Source of the DNA: Octopus sinensis
Lineage: Eukaryota
Direction of reading: 5' to 3'
DNA length: 64,000 nt
NCBI RefSeq assembly: GCF_006345805.1
Contig: NC_043012.1
Location: 21,266,001-21,330,000, forward strand
Shown: positions 27,194 to 39,711 of the stretch, one piece after another
Position numbering within the stretch: the first letter of the stretch is position 1
Layout: each line of letters opens with the position of its first letter
Position numbers and translations under genes: made by a program
The notes under the pieces: model-generated
Seen by the model: the letters and a program-made list of their open reading frames with translations, nothing else
What the model was told of the DNA's origin: nothing
Database searches by the model: none

Positions 27194-27423
27194 GGGCGGT
27201 GAGCTGGCAGACACGTTAGCACGCCGGGCGAGATGAGTAGCCATATTTCGTCTGCCGCTACGTTCTGAGTTCAAATTCCGCCGAGGTCGACTTTGCCTTT
27301 CATCCTTTCGGGGTCGATAAATTAAGTACCTTTAACGTACTGGGGTCGATGTAATCGACTTAATCCATTCGTCTGTCCTTGTTCGTCCCCTCTGTGTTTA
27401 GCCCTTGTGGGTAGTAAAGAAAT
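27194..27423 (+). mobile_element. SINE family A with 16-bp TSD
   Basis: TATATTCTGTAAACAA at 27176-27191 and 27425-27440. Confidence 0.9.
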
Positions 27424-27697
27424 TTATATTCTGTAAACAAATAAATGTGTGTGTGTGTGTGTGTGGAAATGGATGCGTGGCGTTCGATCATATAATAATA
27501 TAAATAATATATAAATATATGCATATATACATACATATATGTATATACCTACATATAATGTATGTATATGTATAAAAAATATATATTAAAAATACAAAAT
27601 GTGACAGGAACGCAAAACATTCAAATAGACGATACAAAAAACGGACAGGTCATTCGAAGCCTCTAATCTTATATATATACATGCGTATATGGGTACC

Positions 27698-27928
27698 GGA
27701 CATCACAAAAACGTGAACAAAATGAGAAACGCGAACATAAAAACAAAACCATAGAAAAAGAAACATTTTTTTTCGAACAAGATAAAACAGGGGACAACTG
27801 ATGAAGGGACTATTCTTTATGTTCCCTGTCTTGTTTCTCTGTTTGTTTCTTTCGTTGTTCAAAGAAAAGTTTTTTGTTTTTTTTTATGTTCTCGTTTCTC
27901 ATTTTGTTCACGTTTTTTTTAAATGTCC
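27698..27928. repeat. Foldback with ~80-bp arms; the spacer holds a CTGATGA plus stem-II-like half hammerhead core
   Basis: 27698-27780 (ggacat..aaaaacgtgaacaaaatgagaaacgcgaacataaa..gaacaa) is an imperfect reverse complement of 27855-27928. CTGATGA at 27798-27804 is followed by agggac/gttccct pairing but no GAAA. Confidence 0.7.
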
Positions 27929-28303
27929 TATACTCATATATGCATGTATATATACATAATATATATATATATGTAGGGATGTACATATATATGTACGTAT
28001 GTACATATGTGTATGTATATATTGCTGTTTTACTGTTTTACTTGTTTCAGTCATTTGACTGCGGCCATGCTGGAGCACCACCTTTTAGTCGGGCAAATCG
28101 ACCCCAGGACTTATTCTTTGTAAGCCTAGTACTTATTCTATCGGTCTCTTTTGCCGAACCGCTAAGTTGCGGAGACGTAAACACACCAGCATCGGTTGTC
28201 AAGCGATGTTGGGGGGACAAACACAGGCACACAAACACATACATACATATATATATATATATATACATATGCATATATTTATATATTATTTATATTTATA
28301 TAT

Positions 28304-28350
<47 letters not shown>

Positions 28351-29589
28351 CTGTTTGATGCACACACGCATACACACGTAGACTCATATTCCAGATCCTA
28401 TGCATACGTATATATCGTACGTACATATGATACGGGTGGGTCGGGTCTTTGAACCACGCCTGTTTGCATTGAATTAAACTTTCCACTTAAATATTTGTTC
28501 CTGTTTTGTCCATGGGCGTATGATAGGCACATTGGAAGACAGCAGGATATGAACGTGAAAGTTTGCCTCATCAAACAATTTGATTTAACAATTTGAGTAC
28601 TTATTTCGAGTGCCACTTTAGCGTGTGGTCCACCTGGACTTTTACAGTTAAGCGTGCATCTAACGCTAACTCTAAACGCAAACCCTAACCTCAAAACATT
28701 AATCCTGTTCCTAATCCGGATCAGGTCAATTCACAGTTTGGACTACGGATACTGCGACAGACCGCACGCTAGAGCAACACCGAAAGCTCAGCTGTTTCCA
28801 ACGCTATTAACCTGACGTATGCGTGAGCATATACGCGCGTGCGCACACACACATACCCCCCCCACACACACACACACACACACAGAACTTACTCATGCAC
28901 AAAATAAAGCGCTATGCAATAATTTCGCAGTTTCAAACGCCGCCGGGGGTCGACTTTGCTTCTCATCCTTTCAGGGTTGAACGTTGGGGGTCGATGTAAT
29001 CAACTCAGCACCTCTCGTCGGAAACTGTTGGTCTTGCGCCAAAATTTCAAACCAATATTTTCGCAGTGTTCCGAGTTCAAATCCTGCTGACGTTAATGTT
29101 GATAAGAACAAGGAATCCATAGAATTCTGGGTGTTTTTGAAAGATACCCCTAAGATAAATCTGTCCCTGCATTTAGCCTTCTGATACTAATTCAAACCAA
29201 ATGATACTGGTTTCTAATCTGTCACAGGTCTTGCTGTTCCCTTGGACAACATCGGAAACGTAGACAGAGGTGATGTGCACGCATGGAGAGCTACAGGTCT
29301 TCCATAATAAGAATAAACAAGATCATGTTGCAGCCTGCACCGTGAATAGGAACTTGGGAAGTATAGAGCCGTAGTTTCATGTTACACACGGAAGTTTTGT
29401 GCATGCGTGTGTGTATATGTGTATAAACGGTTGTGGCAGGTGTTTGTTACATAGTAAGTAAAGGTTCCTCATTTGTATATATTTGTGTGTATGTGTGGGT
29501 GTTGTACATATATATATATAAAGAAGGATACTGAGTGTGAAAGAGAAAGCTATATATATCGAGATAGATATATATATAGCTTTCTCTTT

Positions 29590-29962
<373 letters not shown>

Positions 29963-30210
29963 ACAAGTATATAACAGAAACGAAAGTCATGGTGCTTGAT
30001 ATGTTGTTATTGTTGTTTACAACCAGGTCAGCTCTGAAGTAGAAGACTTATTAATCGAAGACAACTACACTGTCCGGTTTGAATTTTCAAGGCAGCAAAT
30101 GTATGATTTGAGGGACATTTGACTATTGTTTCTAGCAAATCTATTGACTGCGTAGTCCGGCCCTTCCTTCTCCTTCGCTATATCGTTATTAAATTTCAAT
30201 ACATACACAC

Positions 30211-30241
<31 letters not shown>

Positions 30242-30401
30242 ATATGTATGTATGTATAGTGTATATACAATTGTTCTGATGTAATTACTTAGACGAACAC
30301 TAAAAATCGAAGATCAAAACCTAAGCTGGTTCGATATGAAAAGAAAACTCTGGACACGGTATATAAAACAACGCAGTTTATCAATAATACACACGTCTCG
30401 A

Positions 30402-30442
30402 TATGCACTGAAGAGAGAAAAGTAGTACTCAATACGTGTATA
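30402..30442 (+). ncRNA. Decayed hammerhead-like fold in a (TA)n-flanked cassette (~30260-30480)
   Basis: TATGCA CTGAAGA GAG aaaagtagta CTC aatacg TGTATA: stems I and II pair and the CUGAAGA box is intact, but GAAA and the cleavage triplet are corrupted. Confidence 0.35.
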
Positions 30443-30566
30443 CCAAAGTTCATTTATATATTTATTTATCCGCTGTGTATATATATATAAATCTTCTTCA
30501 CTCCATTTGCTTCTTTATTTAGTTCACCAGCGGGGAAAACTGGGACTAAACATTACAGTGAAACCT

Positions 30567-30600
<34 letters not shown>

Positions 30601-31114
30601 GGTGATTAAAAAAAAGTACCTAGTGCGGAACTGATTATAATCATGGCCTGGTATAATATATATAATATATAATATATAATATTATATTATGTATGTATGT
30701 ATGTAAGTATGTATGTATGTTAGTATGTATATATGTATGGTATATATGTATGTTTATGTGTGTGTATGTATGTATACATGCACTCGAACGTATGTAATAA
30801 AGAAGTGTTTATATATACGTATTATATATATGTACGTATTTTATATGTACATATATATGTTTGTATATATATATATATATATAAACACGTACATTATGCA
30901 CATATATATGCATGTACTCACACATACGCACACCCAAGAATGTATCAATTTCTCTCTCTCATTCTCCCTTATATATATATATGTGTGTGTGTGTGTATAT
31001 ATACACACATACACACATACATACATATATAAGTACACACACATATACATACATACAAGACATACATACATACACGCATACATACATACATACATACATA
31101 CATACATACATACA

Positions 31115-31145
<31 letters not shown>

Positions 31146-31180
31146 TATATGAGTTGTAGTGCACCTGAGCACTGTACACA

Positions 31181-31238
<58 letters not shown>

Positions 31239-31717
31239 GTATTTCCCAAACACTAATGTTTTCGTAATGTTCGCAAATGCTTTTGTGCTATTTAGATTCA
31301 CACAAGAAAACTTTTGCAATCAGCTAACGACTGACTTGTAAATTCTAAATAAAAATGAACGAAGCAGTAAGTTAGGGTTAGGGTTAAACAACGGATAAGA
31401 GGCAAGGCAATTTACCTGTGACATCGAAAGTAAACCAACGTGGTTCGCATCCGCGATGTGGATACATGCACTCAGGTAAATGAGAGTCTCCCCCAGACGA
31501 CGAGTGAAAACGGACAGCCACACAGGCGAACAGACAAGCAGACTGACTGACTGGCCGGCAAACAGGCAGGCAGGCAGGCAGGCTGGTTGGGTGGCTGCCT
31601 GAATAAGCTGGCAAAGGATAGACAGACAAAAGCGACGAACAGAGGAGGAGAAAGAGGTGAACAATAAGAGAGAAAAAAGAAAGGGAAAAATTACATTGGA
31701 ACAACCCGAACACACAA

Positions 31718-31752
<35 letters not shown>

Positions 31753-31996
31753 AAAGAGACGACCGACGAAGCAGCCAGTCGACAAGTCAGCGCTTATGCT
31801 GTAGCTTGTACGCACGCAACGGATAGCCATACATAAATCTATAAACATGTACGCACTCATAGTGACAACAGATAGGCAGGGAGTAAAAGAGAGAGGGAAG
31901 AGGTCGGCTTTGTTTCGCTTTTCTCTCTCTCAATCTCTCTCTTTCTTTATTCAACAGGTGTGAGAACAATTTTCTTTCTCTCACACACACATATAC

Positions 31997-32028
<32 letters not shown>

Positions 32029-32046
32029 ATATATTGTATCTCGTTT

Positions 32047-32666
32047 CTCGTTTACTTGTTTCAGTCATTTGACTGCAGCCATGCTGGAGCACCGCCTTTA
32101 ATCGAGCAACTCGACTCCGAGACTTATTCTTTGTAAGCCCAGTATTTGTTCTATCGATCCCTTTTTGCCGAACCGCTAAGTGACGGGGACGTAAACACAC
32201 CAGCATCGGTTGTCAAGCAATGCTAGGAGGACAAACGCAGACACACATACATTATATATATATATACATATATACGACAGGCTTCTTTCAGTTTCCGTCT
32301 ACCAAATCCACTCACAAGGCATTGGTCGGCCCGAGGCTATAGCAGAAGACACTTGCCCAAGATGTCAAGTAGTGGGACTGAACCCGGAACCATGTGGTTG
32401 GTAAGCAAGCTACTTACCACACAGCTAGTTTTTATTTAATTGTTTCCAGTATGTGAGTGCGGCCATGCTGTAGCACCACCTATGGTCGAACAAATCGACC
32501 CCGAGACTTATTCTTTGTAAGCCTCGTACTTATTCTATCGGCTGCTTTTGCCGAACCGCTAAGTCACGAGGACGTAAACACACCAACATCGGTAGTCAAG
32601 CGATGGTGGTAGGACAAACACAGACACAAAGACACACACACATACACACAATACACACACACACAT

Positions 32667-32710
<44 letters not shown>

Positions 32711-32960
32711 GATGAGCTTCATTTCAGTTTCCGTCTACCAAATCCACTCACAAAGCTTTGGTCGGCCCGAGGCTATAGTAGAAGACACTTGGAGCACCAC
32801 CTTGAAGAATCGACTCCAGTATTTGTGTTTTGTTAAGCCTGATACTTATTCTAGCGTTACTTTTACCGAACCGCTAAGTTTTGGGGGCGTAAACACACCA
32901 ACGCCGGTTGTCAAGACGTGGTGGGGGGATAAGCACAAACACATACAAGCACACACACAC
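32047..32960 (-). mobile_element. Cluster of three SINE-B copies or fragments in tandem
   Basis: Copies at ~32047-32425, ~32445-32790 and ~32790-32960. Confidence 0.85.
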
Positions 32961-33125
32961 ATGCATTCATATATATGTATATATACACACAAGCGTAGCT
33001 AGGGGCGGTCTGCTCCGAGCGGCACTTTTAAAGGGGTCTGCTGAAGGCAATATGTATTTTTGTGGTGTCCGGAGACGGCAAACGGAAGGGTCAACCCGGA
33101 CAGCACACACACTCTCTCTCTCTCT

Positions 33126-33163
<38 letters not shown>

Positions 33164-33760
33164 ATTACATCATACTATATAATTAGTTTTGGCGTCGAGC
33201 CGGCAGGCTCATTAGAGTGAAAAGAAAATGCTTTGCGGTATTTCTTCCGGCTCTTAACATTCTGATGTCAAAACCTGCCGAGGTCAACCTAGCCTTTCAT
33301 GACTCCGGGGTCGAGAAAATAAAGTATTGCGATCGAAGCTATCCTCAGAGCCCTTACCATTAAAATTGCTAGCCCCGTACCTCGATTAGAAACCGTTATC
33401 CTTTGTCTAATATAATAAAGATGTCTGCTATCATTTATGCTCATCACTCCTGTCCAGGTAGAAGGAAGTGTTCACAAGCTTTCGTTGTCTATAGAAAAAT
33501 AAAGCAATCTTTTCCCTAACGACATGTTACATTAGGAGAATTATTGATTCTTGCAGATTATCTCCCCTGCTTTATACGGTATCGGTTACAATTGTCGCTA
33601 GGTGTTTGTTTACATCGTCTGCAAGCGAAGATAATTTCCATAAATCAGAGATTCTATATTGTATGGCATTTCGCATACATTTCTACGTCTTCGTTGCCCA
33701 AATTCTTGCCAGTGACCACCCTAGTTTGTTTCTCTTAACTTATTTTGGTTTGTGTGTGTG

Positions 33761-33822
<62 letters not shown>

Positions 33823-35142
33823 CGTTCGCGTGGACACACATACACATGGACTAAGCATCTAAACTGCAATGGGTTCGGAACAATTGAGGACCTGTATTTT
33901 GTCATCTATATTCTCTAGTCAGAGTTCAATGGCAAGAAAGGGAGTTATCTCCTTCTCTTTGTATTTGATCTATGGATGAGTGTGAAGGCTCGTGGCTTAG
34001 TGGTTAGGCGTATTCGGCTCATGATCGTAAGTTCATAAGTTCGATTCCTGGCGGCGCGTTGTGTCCTTGAGAGCAAAAGTTGTACCTGCAATTCAAAGGG
34101 GCCAACCTTGGCAGATTCTGTGTCACGCTTAATCTCCAGAAGAATTATGCTAAGGATACGTGGGTCTGAAGAGTGCTCAGTCACTTGAACGTTAATGTCA
34201 CAAGCAGGCTGTTCCGTTTACTGAATCAGCTGGAACACTCGTCTGACCGACGGATAGATGGAGTTAATTAGCTCCTCTCCGCGGTAATACTGTCAGGTTC
34301 ATTGGTAGGGAGATATCACATCCATACTATCTACTGTACAACTTATTAAGTCACGTGGTTTAATAAATTATAATAGTCGTTAATAAGTTAGTAGTGATCG
34401 CAGCCATTGATTTCGTCGAAGACGTCCTCTGTATTCTCGTCGACACGTAGAGGTATCTCAGTAAGTTATCTTGCTTTCATTCAGAGGAAATAAAAGGAAG
34501 CCATGGAGATGTCAACCCCATAATCTCGCCGAATCGGATGTCTGGGAACTGGATCTGGAAAACACGTATTGTCTTACATCAGACCCATACAACGTGACTA
34601 TATTACTTAGAGGTCTGTTTATATGTCGAAGAACACTGACGGGCCTCTGAATATCTAGACCCTTCTATAGCGCCCTTTCGTATTTGCCGCTCCTATTGAG
34701 CTCGCATTGTCATAACGGAAGGTTACCTCCCACAGAGACTGAAGGACATCAAATACATAAATAAATATATATTTCTTTATATATATATATTTAAATATAG
34801 GATACATAACAAGCACATCTGGTGATATTGTTCAATTTGTAACTGATGTCGCTTAATCAGAAAGAAGAGAACAAACACGTATTTCTTCAATGTATGCGTG
34901 TGGGTGTTTGTGTGTGTGCGTGTATGCATATGTGTGCTCGCTCGTGCGTGTAGCGTAGATGTCATGGGGCAGGAGAGGCGTACTGTGACTGACACTTTTA
35001 TGAGGGACGCACTGGCACTTTTAAGTCGACAGTATAAGCCTGGATAGGCTTCTGGGTTCAACAGGACGGCAATCTCAAGGGCTATCCCGAGCGGCACACA
35101 GTATAGCCACGTCACTGATATGTGTGTGTGTGTGTGTGTGTG

Positions 35143-35392
35143 AAGGCGGCGAGCTGGCAGAAACGTTAGCACGCCGGGCGAAATGCGTAGCCGTATTTCG
35201 TCTGCCGTTACGTTCTGGGTTCAAATTCCGCCGAGGTCGACTTTGCCTTTCATCCTTTCAGGGTCGATTAAATAAGTACCAGTTACGCACTGGGGTTGAT
35301 ATAATCGACTTAATCCGTTTGTCTGTCCTTGTTTGTCCCCTCTGTGTATAACCTTTTGTGGGCAGTAAAGAAATGGATATGTGTGTGTGTGA
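35143..35392 (+). mobile_element. SINE family A
   Basis: Consensus-like body. Confidence 0.9.
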
Positions 35393-35415
35393 ATGTGTGT
35401 GTGTATTGTGTGTGT

Positions 35416-35458
<43 letters not shown>

Positions 35459-35614
35459 TAAGAATTTAGAAACTTCGAGAGAACGTGAAATTATTCTGCT
35501 TTGGAACTGTGAAACACGAAGCAGACATAGTTATAAATAATAGTGTGGCTTCAAAATCCAATAGTCGAAGGCTGCCTTTGACTTTTACTATCTCAAGTGT
35601 TTTAGCCCAATTCA

Positions 35615-36680
35615 AATGCATATATAAAGGTCGCGGGACACATTCCTCATCACGCTCATCAAATCCGCTATTAGAACATTGAACTTGACGCTGTCTGCAA
35701 TAGTTGCGTTCGTGTGGAGAAGGTATTTAGAGGCTTTGGGTTTGGCATAATGGGAATAAAGGATCTGGTCCTTATTATTCTTACTTTCCAGCCAGAGTTC
35801 CGTGTCTAAAACCGATAGCCTTATAGTTCGGGTGCTTTTCAAGGTGGTCTGCTGTTGCCTTAATACTATGGTGGAAGGAGTTAGCTATTGGCTGGATGCT
35901 CTCTTTAGTGTTAGTTTATATTAGGTCATCCCATAAACAATGCGGTTTTCATATACTTCTTTTATTGTTCAAAATTATGTTAAACAAAGTTCTTGTTTAA
36001 TCTAAGTGCTCCATCCTTTGGAATGTTATCCTCGCTGTATGCATCCTGATGGAAGAACACCTTTTGTTTTGAAACTAAAGACGGTCGTTTTTCTTCTAGC
36101 GCTGACTTGAATGACTGGTTGAATGTCCAAATCCAAGCTTCCCTGCTAGTTCCTTAACAGTTACAATGGGATTTTTTCCGCCAGCATTTGCAGGACGTCC
36201 TCATCGAGCTCTACAGATCTTTCAGGACGAAGTTTGTCTTCTAGGCTGTAGTTTCCGGCTCGGAACCTCTGGAACCACCGTTGACACTGGCTTACACTTA
36301 TTGTCCGATCCCCATATACTGCATTAATATTCCTCACACTTTATAATGCACTGTCGCCTTTATTGAACTCATAAAACAAAATATGTCGAATATGCTCCTT
36401 GGTCACTTCCTTTATAGCTTTGAAAAAATAACTATTTACATCGAACTGCACTCTTCAAAATGTGCACTAAGAATAAATACAAAATAAAATTACTACCTGC
36501 TTTTATAGCAAGTTGATGCAGGTAGTTTATCCCGTCCCCCTTTTACTTCATGTAATTGAAAAACCGCATTGTTTATGAGATGACCCAATACATCATCGAC
36601 ATAGTCTTGTGGTAGTGTTTTTGTTATAGGTTAGCCACATCGCCAGCGATACTGACACAGATGGCAGCACCTTCCTCTTA
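35615..36680 (-). mobile_element. Decayed Penelope-like reverse transcriptase fragment, interrupted by a mariner
   Basis: Minus strand: EGAAICVSIAGDVANL (~36675-36627), YVDD at 36603-36592; then past the mariner QPIANSFHHSIKATAD and RLSVLDTELWL..QILYSHYAKPKASKYLLH..SVKFNVL..LMSVMRNVS, resembling the PLE RT C-terminal region. Confidence 0.65.
35921..36588 (-). mobile_element. Internally deleted mariner (Tc1/mariner) element with 30-bp TIRs and TA TSD
   Basis: Left TIR TTAGGTCATCCCATAAACAATGCGGTTTTC matches the reverse complement of 36559-36588 at 27/30; TA on both sides. Transposase remnants: EVTKEHIRHILFYEFNKG..QCQRWFQRFRAGNYSLED (N-terminal HTH, ATG mutated to AAG) and EEKRPSLVSKQKVFFHQD; most of the catalytic domain is deleted. 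Confidence 0.9.
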
Positions 36681-36749
36681 GGCGTATATTTAATTATTAA
36701 ACTTAAACACGCAGTTTCAAATCCGGAATCTTGCAACACAAATTCATAA

Positions 36750-36828
<79 letters not shown>

Positions 36829-36831
<3 letters not shown>

Positions 36832-37530
36832 TTTACTGGTTTCAGCCCAGGGCTGAGGTCATGGTGGTGCACCACCTGTAGTTACTGGGTGTTGTTTCCG
36901 ATACTGTTTTTGGTGAAGTAGCGAGTTGGACGGAGCTGCTCTTCTTTGCTTTTCCTGCAGTGATGTGGGTTCATCTGGTATCTCAGATAGAATCCTGTCC
37001 AGACGTTCCTTGAAAACTTCCACATCAACACCATGTAGATCTCTAAGGTTGCCTTGAAGGATGTTGAACAATTGCGGGCCGTTGAAACCCAGACTATTGC
37101 AGTACTGTGTCCTTTTCTTTTTTCTTTTTTTTTTTTTTGTAGATGGGGAAGACAGGAACTTTGGTATGATGCAGTGGCGTCCAGGTCGAGGACTGGTATA
37201 GCTGTCAATTACAAAATTGGGAGCTAAACCCACCAAGATATTCAAAATATATATCACCGCATATCTCTCTTCTCTCCGGGGAATAGAGACTCACCTCCTT
37301 TAGCCTCTCCCAGTAGCCCATATTTTGCATCGAGTCAATTTTCTTTGTGTATTGGCCAGGATTGCTTCGATTTCCAGAGTTTCTTTCACCCTTTCTAGAG
37401 ACTATAGTTGGGAGCAGTAAACCAAGCGATTAAGAACGAAAGTCTTCCATAGGAGTAGCAGGGCTTCCCTTTTCCTCGTTCTGAATGTCCTCACAATCCA
37501 GCCAGCCACTCGCCTGTACAGTGTTGCCAT
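36829..37530 (-). mobile_element. 5'-truncated CR1/L2-type LINE: ORF2 C-terminus plus 3' end
   Basis: Minus-strand translation across frameshifts gives RRVAGWIVRTFRTR..LLWKTFVLNRLVYCSQL..YWERLKEVSLYS..RERYAVIYILNILVGLAPNF..NSLGFNGPQLFNIL..FKERLDRILSEIPDEP. Ends GGTGGTGCACCACCATGACCTCAGCCCTGGGCTGAAACCAGTAAAAGA followed by (TA)n. Confidence 0.85.
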
Positions 37531-37594
37531 ATTGATTATATATATATATATATATCAATAGATATAGCCCCATCTCAGTAGTTACTATAGCTTT

Positions 37595-38403
37595 TAGCCC
37601 CATCTCAATATGGCTAACCACTAAGGGTGGGTATTACTGTAGCTTTTAGCCCCAGGAGATCATCGTCTCCAGTTGGCTTTAGGTACACTTTCTGTGCCCT
37701 TATGGTATTTGCAAAGGGAGGTCATCCCTCTCTCGTAAACCTAAGTGATACGCACAGACTGCAGTTTCGAGGTATTTGCCTCTTGTCAACGTACGGTAAT
37801 CACCGGTTTTCGATGAAGGGAGACCTGTTTGCAAATATCTATTTAATGTTTTTCCCAGTAATTACTGTCACTGATTTCGAAAAACTGTCTGCAAGCAATA
37901 ATAAATCTCTGAACGAGATGTAAACAGTAACCGCTCGACAACGTAAAGTATACTAACCATCTCAATATGGCTAACCACTAAGGGTGGGTGTTACTGTAGC
38001 TTTTAGCCCCAGGAGATCATCATCTCCAGCTGGCTTTAGGCACACTTTCAGACTGTTTTTCGAAATCAGTGACAGTAGTTACTGGGAAAAACATTAAATA
38101 GATATTTGCAAACAGGTTTCCCTTCATCGAAAACCGGTGATTGCCGTACGTTGACAAGAGGCAAATACCTCGAAACTGCAGTCCGTGCGTATCACTTAGG
38201 TTTACGAGAGAGGGATGACTTCCCTTTGCAAATACCATAAGCGCACAGAAAGTGTGCCTAAAGCCAGCTAGAGACGATGATCTCCTGGGCTAAAAGCTAC
38301 AGTAACACCCACCCTTAGTGGTTAGCCATATTGAGATGGGGCTAGTATACTTTACGTTGTGGAGCAGTTACTGTTTACATCTCGTTCAGAGATTTATTAT
38401 TGC
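37595..38403. repeat. Tandem-plus-inverted array of a ~360-bp unit (297-bp near-perfect foldback)
   Basis: 37595-37891 is the reverse complement of 38049-38344 with few mismatches. 37895-37955 is the reverse complement of 38343-38403. 37957-38048 directly repeats the start of the left arm. Confidence 0.9.
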
Positions 38404-38437
<34 letters not shown>

Positions 38438-38692
38438 TATACATATACACACATATACCATATATATATATATATATATGTATATTTATGTATATATACA
38501 TATATATATATATATAGTATATATATACATATCAAATTTGGTTGCGAAGAATTCAAATCTGATGGCAAAAAATTCAAATTTGATGGCAAAGAATCCAAAT
38601 TAGATCGAAAACATCTATAAACGGATGAGTATAGCTATATGTCGTCTCGTTTTCTATGATTTGATCCTGACCTGCTGTGAATTGTCGAATAC

Positions 38693-38970
38693 CAATAAAT
38701 AAATAAATAAATAAATAAATAAAGAGGACTATAAGGAATTGTGGAGGACTGAGATTCAAGAAAGACAGGAGTGAGCGTTAGCGCATGTCTTCAGCGGTGG
38801 GAACACATAACTGTTGATGAGAGGAGGGGCGAGACTGTCGAGAGGTCCCGAGTGGATGCGACCGCAGCAATGACAGAACATACAGAATGAGAGAACAGCA
38901 TATCTCTGGGCTTGAAACCGTAGTTTATTTGTGAACGATATCACAGCCTTCAGTTGGATGGTCAGCACTT
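38693..38970 (-). mobile_element. Decayed non-LTR retrotransposon ORF2 C-terminal remnant (Jockey/RTEX-like)
   Basis: QRYAVLSFCMFCH..HSGPLDSLAPPL resembles the HRRAVSSLCLFYRY..SSEL..L.PPL motif; ends in an (ATTT)n run. Confidence 0.4.
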
Positions 38971-39711
38971 ATATTTTTGTCTTGTATGCGGTCTAGGGTA
39001 TCTATTGCATGTAGTAGCATCAGCATAGATTTAGGAGTATGGAATTGTGTTCTATACTCCCATTGTATTCTTCATCTAAACTAGATATCGATTTGTCATT
39101 ATCATCTAGCCTCGTATATGGATGTTCATGTGTTAATGCAATCATATGATATTCATGATATTGTCGTGGACAACAGAGATATAATTAATGAGAAATTCCA
39201 AGCAAATTAACTAAATCGTCTTTGAGTTGGATGGTACGGATGTACAGTTAGAAACGAGGTCGAGCGGATATTATTAATCTAATAATCTCTACCGTTGATA
39301 CTGGAACGGCGCTAATGTAGCTAACCCTCATATAAAATTCTGCAACCATGTTTAATAGGGCAGCTATGGAAGTACAGTAAACATCCTTTCATCCGGTACT
39401 CAAATAACTGGAACTCTCAAACAACCGGAACCCAGATATTACATTGTTAGAGTCAAGAGAATATGTGCTAATTTGTGTTAATTAATTAATTGCCATTAAA
39501 AAGATTCCTAATGTATCAAAAATCTATCGCTGTTTCTCAAAAGACAGTATAATGTTTTATTTGTCTATAGTCACAGCACCCGTATTTTATTTGGTTAATA
39601 TAACATTTTTTTATTTAAATTATATTTTTATTTCGCCCTATTTTTCTTATTTTTAATATATTCAGAATATAGATGAGAAAACTGATGTATGTAATATATA
39701 TATATATATAT

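Noticed and set aside
31371-31386. GTTAGGGTTAGGGTTA telomere-like repeat (also CCCTAA-like bits at ~28680 and ~50885)
   Set aside because: Only about 2.5 units; too short to call an interstitial telomeric site.
32995-33110. GCGTAGCTAGGGGCGG.. resembling a hAT/Harbinger terminus
   Set aside because: No partner TIR or TSD found in the window.
37627-38238. Two near-identical ORFs on opposite strands (MVFAKG.HPSLVNLSD..)
   Set aside because: A simple consequence of the inverted repeat; no domain recognised.
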